DNA of 64,000 bases from Entomortierella parvispora E1425 (lineage: Eukaryota > Fungi > Mortierellomycota). Location of the stretch: the NCBI GenBank assembly GCA_020891255.1, contig BQFW01000011.1, positions 1,674,001-1,738,000 of the forward strand. The letters run 5' to 3'. Below the pieces are notes generated by a model that saw only the letters and a program-made list of their open reading frames with translations, ran no database searches and was not told the DNA's origin. Shown here piece by piece: positions 24,901 to 36,101 of the stretch (position 1 is the first letter of the stretch; each line of letters opens with the position of its first letter). Both the position numbers and the translations under genes were made by a program.

Positions 24901-26691
24901 CCATTGTCCTTCTATGATTCCACCCCCATAGGTCGAATTCTCAACAGATTCAGCAAAGATGTCGACGTGCTGGATAATGTACTCTGGCAAATGATGAACG
25001 ATATCCTCACAACTTTGCTCATCGTCCTTGGTTCGGTTTTTGTGGGGATAACCTACTTCCCGTATCTGATCTTCGCAGTATTTCCCATGGCGGGATTCTA
25101 CTATGGTATCTCAGTGTACTATCGCTCGACCTCCCGAGAGGTCAAGCGCTTGGATTCGACCTTGCGATCCAAGCTCTACTCCTATTTCTCAGAGAGTTTG
25201 ACTGGTATGGGGACCATTCGGGCATATGACCGCGTGGGCTTGGCCGTCTCCACCAACCGACAACGACTCGATGATTCCAATCGGGCCTATTATCTTTTCC
25301 AAATGGGCACTCGCTGGATTGCATTCAGAGTTCAAGTGCTGGGCCCCCTCTTAATCCTTTCGGCGGCCTTGTATGTAGTCAAGGAGAGGTTTGTTATCAG
25401 TGCAGCCTCCGCAGGCTTAGTCCTCAGTTACCTTGCCAGGACTTCGGCTGACATGAATTTTGTTGTTCAAATGTTGGCCTCACTGGTAAGCTATTTTGTT
25501 TTATAATGTTGAAGTATGAACTCTCTCTATCTTTTTTTTCTGATTAGCGCCTGTTCCCCTCGTTGTTTGGGGCTCGTTTTGACTTCTATAGGAAAACAAC
25601 ATGAATGCAGCCGAGAGACTTGTCCACTATATCAAGAACCTTCCTCAGCAATCTCCTACAAAGAGTCGTCCTGAGTTTCAGCCTCACCAGGATTGGCCCT
25701 CTCAAGGCGCGATCGAGTTTCGAGATGTAACCATGCGGTATCGCCCAGAGTTGCCTCCCGTCCTCCGGGGTGTCTCCTTCAATGTTCAGGCGGGACAGAA
25801 GCTTGGTGTGGTAGGTCGAACAGGAGCAGGCAAGTCATCCTTGATCCAAGCTTTGTTCCTCTTGTCTGAATTGGAACAAGGTCACATCATTTTGGATGGA
25901 ATTGACACACAGACCTTGGGCGCGGAGGATCTTCGATCCAAGATTGGTATTATCCCTCAGGATCCTGTGCTCTTCCAAGGATCCTTCCGATATAACCTGG
26001 ATCCTTTGGACAGACACACAGAGCAGGAGCTTTGGCAGGTGTTGGAGACGAGTGATCTAAAGGGGTACGTGCAGGCACAAGAAGGAGGATTGGACGCGAT
26101 GATATCGGCACAAGGAGAGAATTTGAGCGTGGGACAGAGGCAGCTCGTCTGTCTGTCCCGAGCGCTGCTAGCGAAATCCAAGATTGTAGTGTTGGACGAA
26201 GGTAAAAGCGACGGGCAATCGCCTACAAGGGGCTATTTTTTTTGCTACCGCCGAGTATTGCGTGTATTGATGTCAAAAACAAAATCTTTTCTCCCTTCCC
26301 CTTCCATTGATATAGCCACTGCGAGCGTTGATATGGCCACAGATGCATTGATCCAGAGGGCCATTCGGGTGGACTTTGTCTCCTCTACTGTGATTACCGT
26401 AGCCCATCGTATTAACACCATCATTGACTACGACAAGTAAGTGCCAAAAGTTCTTTGTTGTTCTCCGCCGTTATTCGGGGAGAAACGGGCAAAGCAGGTC
26501 TGGCGGAGATGTTGATCAAAGTGCTCTTCCCTTTACTCTCTTTGTTCAACTTTAGAATCCTTGTGATGCAAGATGGCCAAGTGGCAGAGTATGCCTCCCC
26601 TCAAGAGTTGCTAGATAATCCTGATTCCGCTTTTTCGAAACTGGTTGATGAAACCGGTGCACTGAACGCTGCTCATTTGCGATCTCTTTGA
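21950..26691 (+). CDS. ABCC/MRP (Yor1-like, no TMD0) ABC transporter
   Basis: Multi-exon and in frame. NBD1: GSVGSGKSS, LSGGQ, VIMDD. NBD2: GRTGAGKSS, LSVGQ, VVLDE|ATAS. Two TMDs, with PIGRILNRFSKD in TMD2. Confidence 0.93.
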
Positions 26692-27363
26692 ATTAAAAAA
26701 ACGCCCTTTTTGGCAAACGTCCGCCAAAAATCGTAGGTCCATTGCAGAATACGGCACCCACCAGCAACAGTTGCTGATCATAGTTTTAGATGTCCAAACT
26801 CCAAAGACGTTTCCACCTTGACCAGATTCGGCCCTCCGAGTGGACTTGAGTTCTATTCCACGAGTAGAAAAAAATTCCTATTTTGTCCAGGTCGTCCTGG
26901 TAAAGAAAAATTGTCTTCAGAGGGTTCTGAAAAAGGAAAAAAAAAAGTTTCTCATCCTTGAACAACGTTATCTGCAATAACCTTCGGTGTTTGTGGCAAA
27001 AGGGGCTCAGTTCAAATGTTCATTATGACCCAGGGAGACCCTCATTGGAGCCTCAGGACATGATATTGGTATACCGCCTTCGGTGGACGCGTGTTTTAGG
27101 GTTAAACGTTTCACCGGGGATCGCGAGATGCTCGATGCCTCGGAAAACCGGGCCGTAGGAAGGATTTAAAGATGTCCAACTGTCAACAGATTTCCACTCC
27201 TAGTCGATCAATTCTCTCTTCTCTTTGTCTTCTCTTTGTCTTCTGTTTCTATTCTCGATAGTTCATAGCGCTTCTTTTCTTCATTCTTTACAACCCTGTC
27301 CAAGTCACCCCTACCGTCGTCAAACCAACACGCCATCCTTGATTGTGTTGATTATATCGATCA

Positions 27364-29296
27364 ATGAGTTCCTCAACAAGAATATCGTCCGTCCACTCAG
27401 ATGAAGTCGTGGTCGTGGTCGAGTCTGAACAGACTGCCCTTGATAGCTTCGAAAAATCCCCCATCGGTGACAAGCTCGACCAAACCCGGATTGATGAACG
27501 CCCAAGTAGATCCGAGGAGTACGGCCAGAAAGAGGAGATAATTACCGATTCTGACATCGACTCCTCGGCCAAAGAGTCACTTCCCCAAGAGAAAGGACAA
27601 GCTCCGGCAAAGCAAGCTTCTGGCGCTGGAACCTTGCCCTTTCGCGAGGTCATGGTTGTGTTTGCAGGACTCTTGCTCGGTACCTTCTTGTCTTCTCTCG
27701 ATCAGACAATTGTCAATGTCTGCACCACCAAGATCGCGAGTCAGTTTAACAGTTTGACCGAGATCCCCTGGATCGGCTCCGCGTACTTTTTGACCTTGAC
27801 AGCCTGTCAACCCTTGTAAGTAAAAAAAAAAAAAAAAGACAAACCAAAATAAGCTACTTACGGGCTGCAAAAACTCTTTTTTTTTTCTCCGATGCAGATA
27901 CGGCAAAGGCAGCGACATCTTCGGTCGCAAGACTACCTTCCTTTTTGCTATCGTCGTCTTCCTTCTTGGCTCCGCCCTCTGTGGTGCAGCACAGAACATG
28001 ACCTGGATCATTATTGCTCGCGCCATATCTGGTGCTGGTGCTGCTGGCATCATGTCCGGCGCCATGATCATTCTTACAGACCTGGTTTCTCTCCGAGACC
28101 GAGGCAAGTACCAAGGTATCACTGGAGCCGTTCTTGGGCTCGCGTCTGTTATCGGCCCTCTTCTCGGAGGTGCTCTTACAGACCATGCCACCTGGCGCTG
28201 GGCCTTCTTTATCAATTTGCCCCTCGGGGCCTTCACCATTTTCACCGTCGTCAAGGTTCTTCATCTCCCTCATAACGGCGGTTCCTTCAAGGCAAAGTTG
28301 GCTCGCGTTGACTTTGCAGGATCTTTCACTTTGATCGTCGGTCTCATTCTGATCCTGCTGCCTCTCAATTGGGGTGGCAGCACCTACCCCTGGAGCTCTG
28401 CTCGCATTATTGTCCTGCTCTGTGCCGGAATCGCTGTCCTGCTTTTGTTCTGCTTCATTGAGCTCAAGGTCGCCGTTGAGCCCATCATCCCTTTCCGTCT
28501 GTTCAAGAACCGCACTTGCGTTTCTGTCTTTGGAACAAACGTCTTCCTCGGCATGAGCTTTTTTGCCTTCATGTTTTACATGCCTCTGTACTTTCAGATT
28601 GTCCGCCAAGAGTCCGCTACTGCCTCTGGGTTGGAGATGTTGCCCATGATTGTCGGTCTCTTAATTGCCACGACTAGTACGGGTTTTATGAGTTCGAAAT
28701 GGGGACGTTACCGCCCTTTTATTTGGATCGGATTGGCTCTCGGCACCGTCGGCATGGGGCTGATGCTGTTGTTGACAGAGGAGTCTTCTCGCGGCAAGAT
28801 TATCGGTTTCCTGTTCATTACTGGCTTTGGTCTCGGTTGCTCCACGCAGATGGTCATGCTCGCTATCCAGTCGAGCGTCGAGCCCAAGGACATTGCTGTG
28901 GCAATGGCCAACTCGGCCTTCTCCCGCACAATTGGCTCTGTCCTTGGTGTAGCCATCTGCGGAACAGTGTTCAACAACGCAGTCAAGAACCATTTGGGGC
29001 CCATCATCCTGGACAATCCTCAATATGGTATTGCTAGTGTCATCACGGATCCCTACAATGTCAAGGCGTTTGCGCCCGAGCTGCAAAGGGCCATTCTTCA
29101 CGCGTACATGTTGTCGCTGAGGGCCGCGTTCCGCGTCTGCTGCCCCCTCATGGGTGTGGCGTTCTTGATCAGTTTGTGTATTCAGCATCACACTCTTCGT
29201 CGGACAAGAGGAGGAGGTCCTCCTCCCAAGCCTGAAGGACAGCAACAAGAGCCCAAACCGATCGAGGAGAGGCCAAAGGGAGAGCAGCAGGTGTGA
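27364..29296 (+). CDS. MFS drug:H+ antiporter, DHA2 (14-TMS) family, copy 1
   Basis: Motifs LSSLDQTIVN, W.GSAYFLT, QPL|YGKGSDIFGRK (intron 27816-27897), DLVSLRDRGKYQG, GPLLGG and WRWAFFINLP. Confidence 0.92.
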
Positions 29297-29861
29297 TAGA
29301 TAGATAGATACCCTCCTTCTGCGATTTATCCCTCCATTCTATTATTTTCGCATCATACTATTATGTTTTTTCCATAAAGAAACTCATTCAATTTTTTTTT
29401 TTGTGTTCACGATCGAACAGAAAGTATCATTTCAAAAGGGTCAATTGGACCTGACTCTCAACTATGATATCCCTTTTCCTGCGCAAACCGGGAGGCTGGT
29501 GGATGAATGTGGGCCAAAACAGGCAACCACCTTCCAGCTGTTCTGGATTGGAGGAAAAAGAGGTCGTTGGACATATTTATCCGGAAGTGTTTAGCCGCCC
29601 AGATGAAATTAGGTTAAAGGAAATGCCGGCGGATCGCTTTGTCGTTTGCGCATCTTGGGGGCGTGTGGTCCGTTATAAAAGCCATGACCCGTGCTTTGTA
29701 GTTCCATCTAAAATACCCCTGCCCTTGTCCATCTCGCCCTCCTCTTTCCCCACATTCGGGTCGTTTTTTGTTTTTAACCGAATTCCACACTCTGTACCTC
29801 TCTCCCCACTTCCCCCATCATTTTCCCCCTTCCTGGCGATCGAACAGTCCAAAACCCATCC

Positions 29862-31895
29862 ATGGCCTCTTCAGCAAAGGCCGAATCTGTCCACTCGGGC
29901 GACGTTGTCGTCGTGATAGAGTCTGAAAAGACTAGCGACTTCAACGGAAGCAGCAGCGAACAAACACACACTGAAGACCCGCAGGACTTCACCACAGAGC
30001 AAGACCAGTTTGGTCAAAAAGAAGAGGTTCTTGTGGACTCTGAAGCTGCCTCTTCCACTAAAGGATCCACTTCTCAAGACAACACCGACAGTGGGCCAGC
30101 ACCGATATCAGAAGTCGCTGGTGCTGGAACACTACCATTTCGCGAAGTTATTGTTGTTTTTGCTGGTCTCGTGCTCGGTGTCTTCTTGGCTTCGCTCGAC
30201 CAGACCATCGTCAATGTGTGTTCAACCAAAATTGCCAGTCAGTTCCACAGTTTGACCGAAATCCCGTGGCTCGGCACTGCCTACTTTCTCACGTCAACGG
30301 CCTTCCAACCCTTGTAAGCTTCTATTTTTCCGTCCGTCAGAATGACCGAAAGTGATTTAGACTTCCCCTGTGGGGTGCGTGCGTGGCCCAAAACAAGATA
30401 TGAAAATTTTTGCTCACGTTTTCTTTTTTTTTCCTTTCTCCTTTTTCTCCTTTCATGCAGGTACGGCAAGGGGAGTGACATCTTTGGTCGCAAGGCCACC
30501 TTCCTCTTTGCCATCAGCGTTTTCCTCATCGGTTCTGCCCTCTGCGGCGCAGCACAGAACATGACCTGGATTATCATCGCCCGTGGTGTCGCTGGAATGG
30601 GATCTGCGGGTATCATGTCCGGTGTCATGATCATCATTACTGACTTGGTGTCTTTACGTGACCGAGGCAAGTACCAGGGCATCATCGGATCCGTTTTCGG
30701 TCTCTCATCCGTCATTGGTCCTCTTCTCGGAGGTGTCTTGACAGATCGCGCCACCTGGCGCTGGGCCTTCTTCATCAATCTGCCCATTGGAGCCATCACC
30801 ATTTTCACCGTCGTCAAGGTCCTTCATCTCCCTCATGCTGGCGGTTCCTTCAAGACAAAGTTAGCTCGCGTTGACTTTGCGGGATCTTTCACTCTGATTG
30901 TCGGCCTCATCATGGTCCTTCTTCCTCTCAACTGGGGTGGTAGTACCTACCCCTGGAACTCTGCTCGTATCATTGCGATGTTCTGTGTCGGTTTCGCGAT
31001 CCTTGGTCTCTTCTGCTTTATCGAGTGGAAGATCGCCGTTGAGCCCATTATTCCTTTCCGCCTCTTCAAGAAACGAACCTGTGTCGCCGTCTTTGGAACC
31101 AACCTTTGTCTCGGCATGGGCTTGTTCGGCTTCATGTTCTACATGCCCCTGTACTATCAGATTGTTCGTCAAGAAACCGCTACTGACTCTGGATTGGGGC
31201 TCTTGCCCATGATCATCGGTTTGTTGATTGCCTCCATCAGCTCTGGTTACATGTGCTCCAGATGGGGCCACTACCGTCCTTTTATCTGGATTGGTCTGTC
31301 TCTCGCCACCATCGGTATGGGATTGATGGTCCTCTTGACTGAGGATTCTTCTCGCATAAAGATTATTGGGTTTTTGTTCCTCACTGGTCTCGGCGTTGGT
31401 TGCGTGACCCAGATGGCCATGCTCGCTATCCAGTCAGGTGTGGAGCCCAAGGACATTGCTGTGGCCACAGCCAACGCGATCTTTTTCCGTACGGTCGGTT
31501 CGGTCCTGGGGGTGGCCATTTGCGGAGCGGTCTTTAACAACGCGGTCAAGAACAATTTGGGGCCTTTGATCCTTGCGAACCCCAACGTTACCTCGGTGAT
31601 CGCGGACCCTTACGACGTCAGGAACTTTACTCCCGTGATGCAGGCGGCTATTCTTCACGCGTACATGGTCTCGATTCGAGCGGCGTTCCGTGTCTGCTGC
31701 CCTTGTTTGGGTGTGGGATTGTTCATCAGTCTGTTCATTAAACACCACGCGCTTCGAAAGACGAGAGGTGCTCAGCCTAAACAGGTGCCAAAGCCAGAGC
31801 CAGAGCCAGCGTCACAACTAGAGCTAGAGGCACAGCCAGAGCCAGAGGCGCAGTCAGAGCGGGAGTCACAGCCACAGCAGAAGGCCGAGGTTTAA
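29862..31895 (+). CDS. MFS drug:H+ antiporter, DHA2 family, copy 2 (tandem paralog)
   Basis: Same motifs and same intron position (30314-30460) as copy 1; long near-identical peptide blocks. Confidence 0.92.
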
Positions 31896-31936
31896 ACCCC
31901 CATTCACAGAGCGTTTGAACCCCCACTCACAGAGCG
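31891..31936. repeat. 23-bp tandem duplication overlapping the MFS copy 2 stop codon
   Basis: tttaaacccccattcacagagcg is followed by tttgaacccccactcacagagcg (21/23 identical). Confidence 0.8.
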
Positions 31937-32290
31937 TTCAATTTTGCTTCAAGATCCAAGTTCTTTATCATTTTTTCATCTCTTTTCTACATCATTATGA
32001 TATCCACTTTCATTGTAAAATACCCCGCATATCGTAATAAACTTATACAGCACGCGAACAATCTGCCGAGGATAAAAAAAAAAGTTCCAAGAGGATGTAT
32101 GTCAATGACGGTAAAGTGATCGACGATCGATGACCCCGGTGACTGTTCCCAATTGCCCGAATTTGCTGTACGCCCCTTCAGTGCTGGTGATTTTTTTTTT
32201 TCCCTGGCTCACCCTCGCGTCATTGCTTTCTCATCCTTCCTTCCTTTCCTTCTCTCCATTCCTACATTCCTCATTCATTTATAATCAGCC

Positions 32291-32906
32291 ATGTCCAGCT
32301 TCAACACCGACATCAAGACCTATGAGTTCGTAAGTCTGTCGGTTCCTCTATTCTCACTACAGCTGGGCTGTCACGTCGTGCCTGAATCGCTCCCCGAACG
32401 CTTACATTTTTTTTTATTTTATTTTGTGTGTCCAATAGAACCACACAATGATCCGGGTCAAGGACCCAAAGGCCTCCCTTGAGTTTTACCAAGAGATTCT
32501 CGGCATGCAGCTCGTTTCGACCATGGAGAACCCTGGTGGAAAGTTCACTCTTTATTTCCTGGCCTACGTCAACGAGAAGGACCGTGCCGAACTCGCCTCC
32601 AAGACTGATGACCAGAAGCGTGCCTACGCTTTCAACCGCGCTGGTATCTTGGAGCTGACCCACAACTGGGGCACCGAGAACGACGCAGACTTTAGCTACG
32701 CCAACGGAAACTCGAACCCTGGACGTGGCTTCGGTCACACCGCCATCATCGTTGACAACATTGACGAGGCCTGCAAACGTTTCGAGAGCTACGGCGACAA
32801 GGTCAAGTGGGTCAAGAAGCTCACTGATGGCACCATGAAGAACATTGCTTTTATTGCTGACCCCGATGGTTACTGGGTCGAGATCCTCAACCGCGCCTTT
32901 GCTTAG
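32291..32906 (+). CDS. GLO1: Glyoxalase I (lactoylglutathione lyase), single-unit form (~168 aa)
   Basis: Exon 32291-32329 (MSSFNTDIKTYEF), intron, exon 32439-32906. NHTMIRVKDP, LELTHNWGTE, GFGH and DPDGYWVEI supply the H/E/H/E metal ligands. Confidence 0.93.
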
Positions 32907-33013
32907 AAAGCAAAGCGGTCGCCTTTCCAGTGCGGAAATGAAAAAAACAATGGGGATAAAAATAAAAAAATCTGGTGCAGTTCCTGACGTCGAAGGGTCA
33001 AAATTGTGACATG

Positions 33014-33041
33014 AAAAAAAAAAAAAAAAAAAAAAAAAAAA
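33014..33041. repeat. Poly(A) tract (28 nt)
   Basis: Uninterrupted A run between the convergent GLO1 and TFA1 3' ends; a similar 23-A run lies at 21680-21702. Confidence 0.85.
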
Positions 33042-33102
33042 GACCGCCCACGGACGTTGAAGATGCAGTCATTGCCTGGTGTCGGAGTAGGGAGAGTCCA
33101 TG

Positions 33103-34885
33103 TTATTGGTACTTTTGGCAGATCTCGTAGTAAGCTTGGTATTCCTCGGGGGTCATCCGTTCCTGATGCTCCCCTGTGATCTCCAAGAGAGGAACCATAA
33201 CGCCTGCGACAGACACTTCGGGATATTCCTCATCAAAGACCTCTTCCTCAGCGTCCTGACCTTCAGTTCCATCGGCAAACTCGCCGCTTTCATCCCTTGA
33301 TCGTTTTCTATAGAAAAGAGATGTGAGTTGAAAAAAGATCAAAGAGTAGCTGCAACAGCAAGCAAATGTCCCCTTGCTTTACCTTGATTCATCGTCAGAG
33401 TCATCCAGAGGCCGTTTGGCATTGCCATTAACGAGGCCGTTTGTAGCATCAGACGACTCATCCACATTCTGGGATATTGACTCGAGCTCCTCATAATACC
33501 TCTCGTAATCTATCGTATATAAAAAGTCCGGATAAGTATGTTAGTAGTTGTAGACTAGAGGCGAATTCCCTTCTAGGCGACACTATCATCTTACACTCAA
33601 CACGCTCCGAGTCGTTTTCTTGGACCTCGGCATCGCCATGGGCATTATGGTCATCTGCTGGAAGTTCTTGACGCTTCGCAGCTTCAGCGCCCAGAGCCGT
33701 CATTTCACCAGACACAGTACTCCAAGCGTGCCATGATGGAACAGCGTTCTGTGTTCTCCGAAGATTGGCCTCTGAATCCCTTGCCTTCTTGGCCGCCTTG
33801 TCGTTATCATCCTGGAACACGACCTGAATCTCTCCTTGTTGTTGACCACCGTCCTCTGCGAATGCAAGATCATCATCTAAATCGGCAGCAATGTTGTCAA
33901 GGTTAGAAAGTGTCCATATGACGAAGTAATCTTCGTTTTTGAGGAAAAATAGAGAGATCCTGTTACCATCATGAGTTCTGGCCGCCGCATTCTTGGCCAC
34001 CATGCTCTCAGTGTATTGTTCAATGACAATGTTATCGGACAATTTGAGCAAGTCTACAATGGGCTTGATGTTCTCGCGCAACCTAGTGATTAGAAAGTAC
34101 AGTCAGTTATTGAGCTCTGTGGTTCATGAAGGTATCTTGTCGATCACTGGATATCCTTACTTGGTCTTCAATTCCTGCCGTTGGTTATCTTCTTCAAATG
34201 TCAAAGCCTCCAAGGGATAGTTGTCGTTCGGACACAAGAAACCACACGTCTCTGGATCGAAACTGTGAGTGACCTCGACCTGCGTGTACGTGTTTTCACA
34301 CGCTGGACATTTGAAGGCTGGACTGTTGATCTCCTGCTTTGTCACGACTGCATCCAGGGCGCCTCGCATCTTGTGGATCTTGAACTTGACTACGTCTACA
34401 AAAATCTTGTAGTCGAGGTAGTAGTACGTATTTGGGATCTGGCGCTGATCTGGCTTCCTTGCCTCCATCTTGGTAAGACTGAATGTCCGACGACAAAGCA
34501 AAAGTGGAGGCGCGTTTAGGACAACATACTCAAAAAGAACCTCCCAGCCAAAAAGAAAATATCTCATAAACCATACTCTTTGATGAGCTTGTCCTCCTTG
34601 AGCTTTCCGCAGATCTTATGGATCTCTCTCCTGTTGAGCTTCAGAGTCAAGGCGAGCTCTTCATCCCTCACCCTATCATGAGATCGAGGCGATTAATTTA
34701 CCATTAATTAAAAACAAAGTGTGGTCCAGGGTGGTTTGCAGCTTAAAATCGTTCTGCGACTCTTACTGCTTCAGTCTATTGATGACGTCCATGACGACGA
34801 TATACTTGGGCTCGTAGAATGCTCGAGACACTCTGTACACCAGCTGGTCCAAGACTTGTTGGTCTTCGGCTGAATGGGTCGCCAT
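33103..34885 (-). CDS. TFA1: Transcription factor TFIIE alpha subunit
   Basis: Six exons splice to MATHSAEDQQVLDQLVYRVSRAFY..., VRDEELALTLKL, YYYLDYKIFVDVVKFKIHKM, zinc ribbon FKCPACENTY...FLCPND, and C-terminal PEVSVAGVMVPLLEIT.EHQERMTPEEYQAY. Confidence 0.9.
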
Positions 34886-35224
34886 CTTTTTCTTTCAATT
34901 TTTTCGTAAGAGAATCGGTATTGTAAAGGTAAAAGAGCGCGGAAGGGAATAGGCAGAAAGGGAATGAGAGCAAGACAGAAAGTAAGGGGTGGCAAGCACA
35001 GCAAAAGCAGAAACAGATCCCAGTTCAACTGAAGGACAAGACAAAATGACAACACGGACAGAAGAAAGAAAGCGATGCAAACATGCATGCAGCACAGTCG
35101 AGGCTATTTAAAGGTTCTCTTCTGAAAGTGGCTTGGACCGTATCACGTGCGTCAAACTGATCAGCTTGCAGAAGTCCATGGCTGATCCCTCTCTTTCTCC
35201 TTTCAGCCTCATCGCCCGTTCGCC

Positions 35225-35975
35225 ATGCTCAAGGACTACTACGAGATTCTCAACGTACCGCAGGACGCCTCGCTAGCCGAGATCAAACAGCAGTACCAGA
35301 GGCTACTTCTCATTGTAATGACTTGTGTTTTCATCTTGGCTTGCCCGAGCTGCGCTTTTGTTTTCTCTTTGGCTTTCTAACTTTTTTCGTTGGACATGTC
35401 CAATAGCATCATCCTGATAAGCAACAACAAAACCAATCGCAGCAGTCAGGACCCGCCTCGACATTCCTGTTAATTCCTTTGCAGGATATCAAGGAAGCAT
35501 GGGAATGTCTTCGGGAACCTGCCCGAAGAGACTTTTATGACAGTTCCCTCAAAGGTGCGGAAGTGATTTTGTTGCACGCCCAGACCTCTTTGTTAACAGG
35601 ACTACCACGCAGCTCATTAACTCGTGCCATTCTGTTCTATTGGAATAGCAATGAAACTTCGCGCCAATGGCCAAGTCAATGATGATATTGATCTAGATGA
35701 CATGGATTATGACGAAGGTACTTCGAACAAAAGGAGAAAAGAATTTGAACATAGGACTTTGGGGACATTGTGGCTGACTCTGCATGGATTGCTCCACTCC
35801 TTTAACTTCTTCTCATCGGAAAATAGATACCTGCTCCTACATCTCACCTTGCCGCTGTAGTGGAGAATACGTGATATCCGAGGATGAGCTCGAGCTAGGC
35901 GTCGATACAGTTGTGTGTTCTACATGCTCTCTGATTGTTAGGATCCACTATGAGGTTGCGAACGATGACGAGTGA
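35225..35975 (+). CDS. DPH4: Diphthamide biosynthesis J-domain/CSL zinc-finger protein (DNAJC24)
   Basis: Four exons: DYYEILNV...|HHPDK...IKEAWECLREPARRDFYD, DIDLDDMDYD, PCRCSGEYVISEDELE....VVCSTCSL. Confidence 0.9.
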
Positions 35976-36101
35976 GGACAAAGCATGAACTGTGCCCTAC
36001 AAGGAGGCATATATGATGGGTATGGAGTCCTTTCTTCTCTCCACTTTTATATTTATCATAGTGTACATTATTATTGTCATTTTTTTCTGACTATTGTCAT
36101 T

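Noticed and set aside
33014-33041. Long poly(A) runs (also 21680-21702) as retroelement tails
   Set aside because: No target-site duplication or adjacent RT/SINE-like body, and homopolymer runs are common in introns and intergenic DNA throughout the window.
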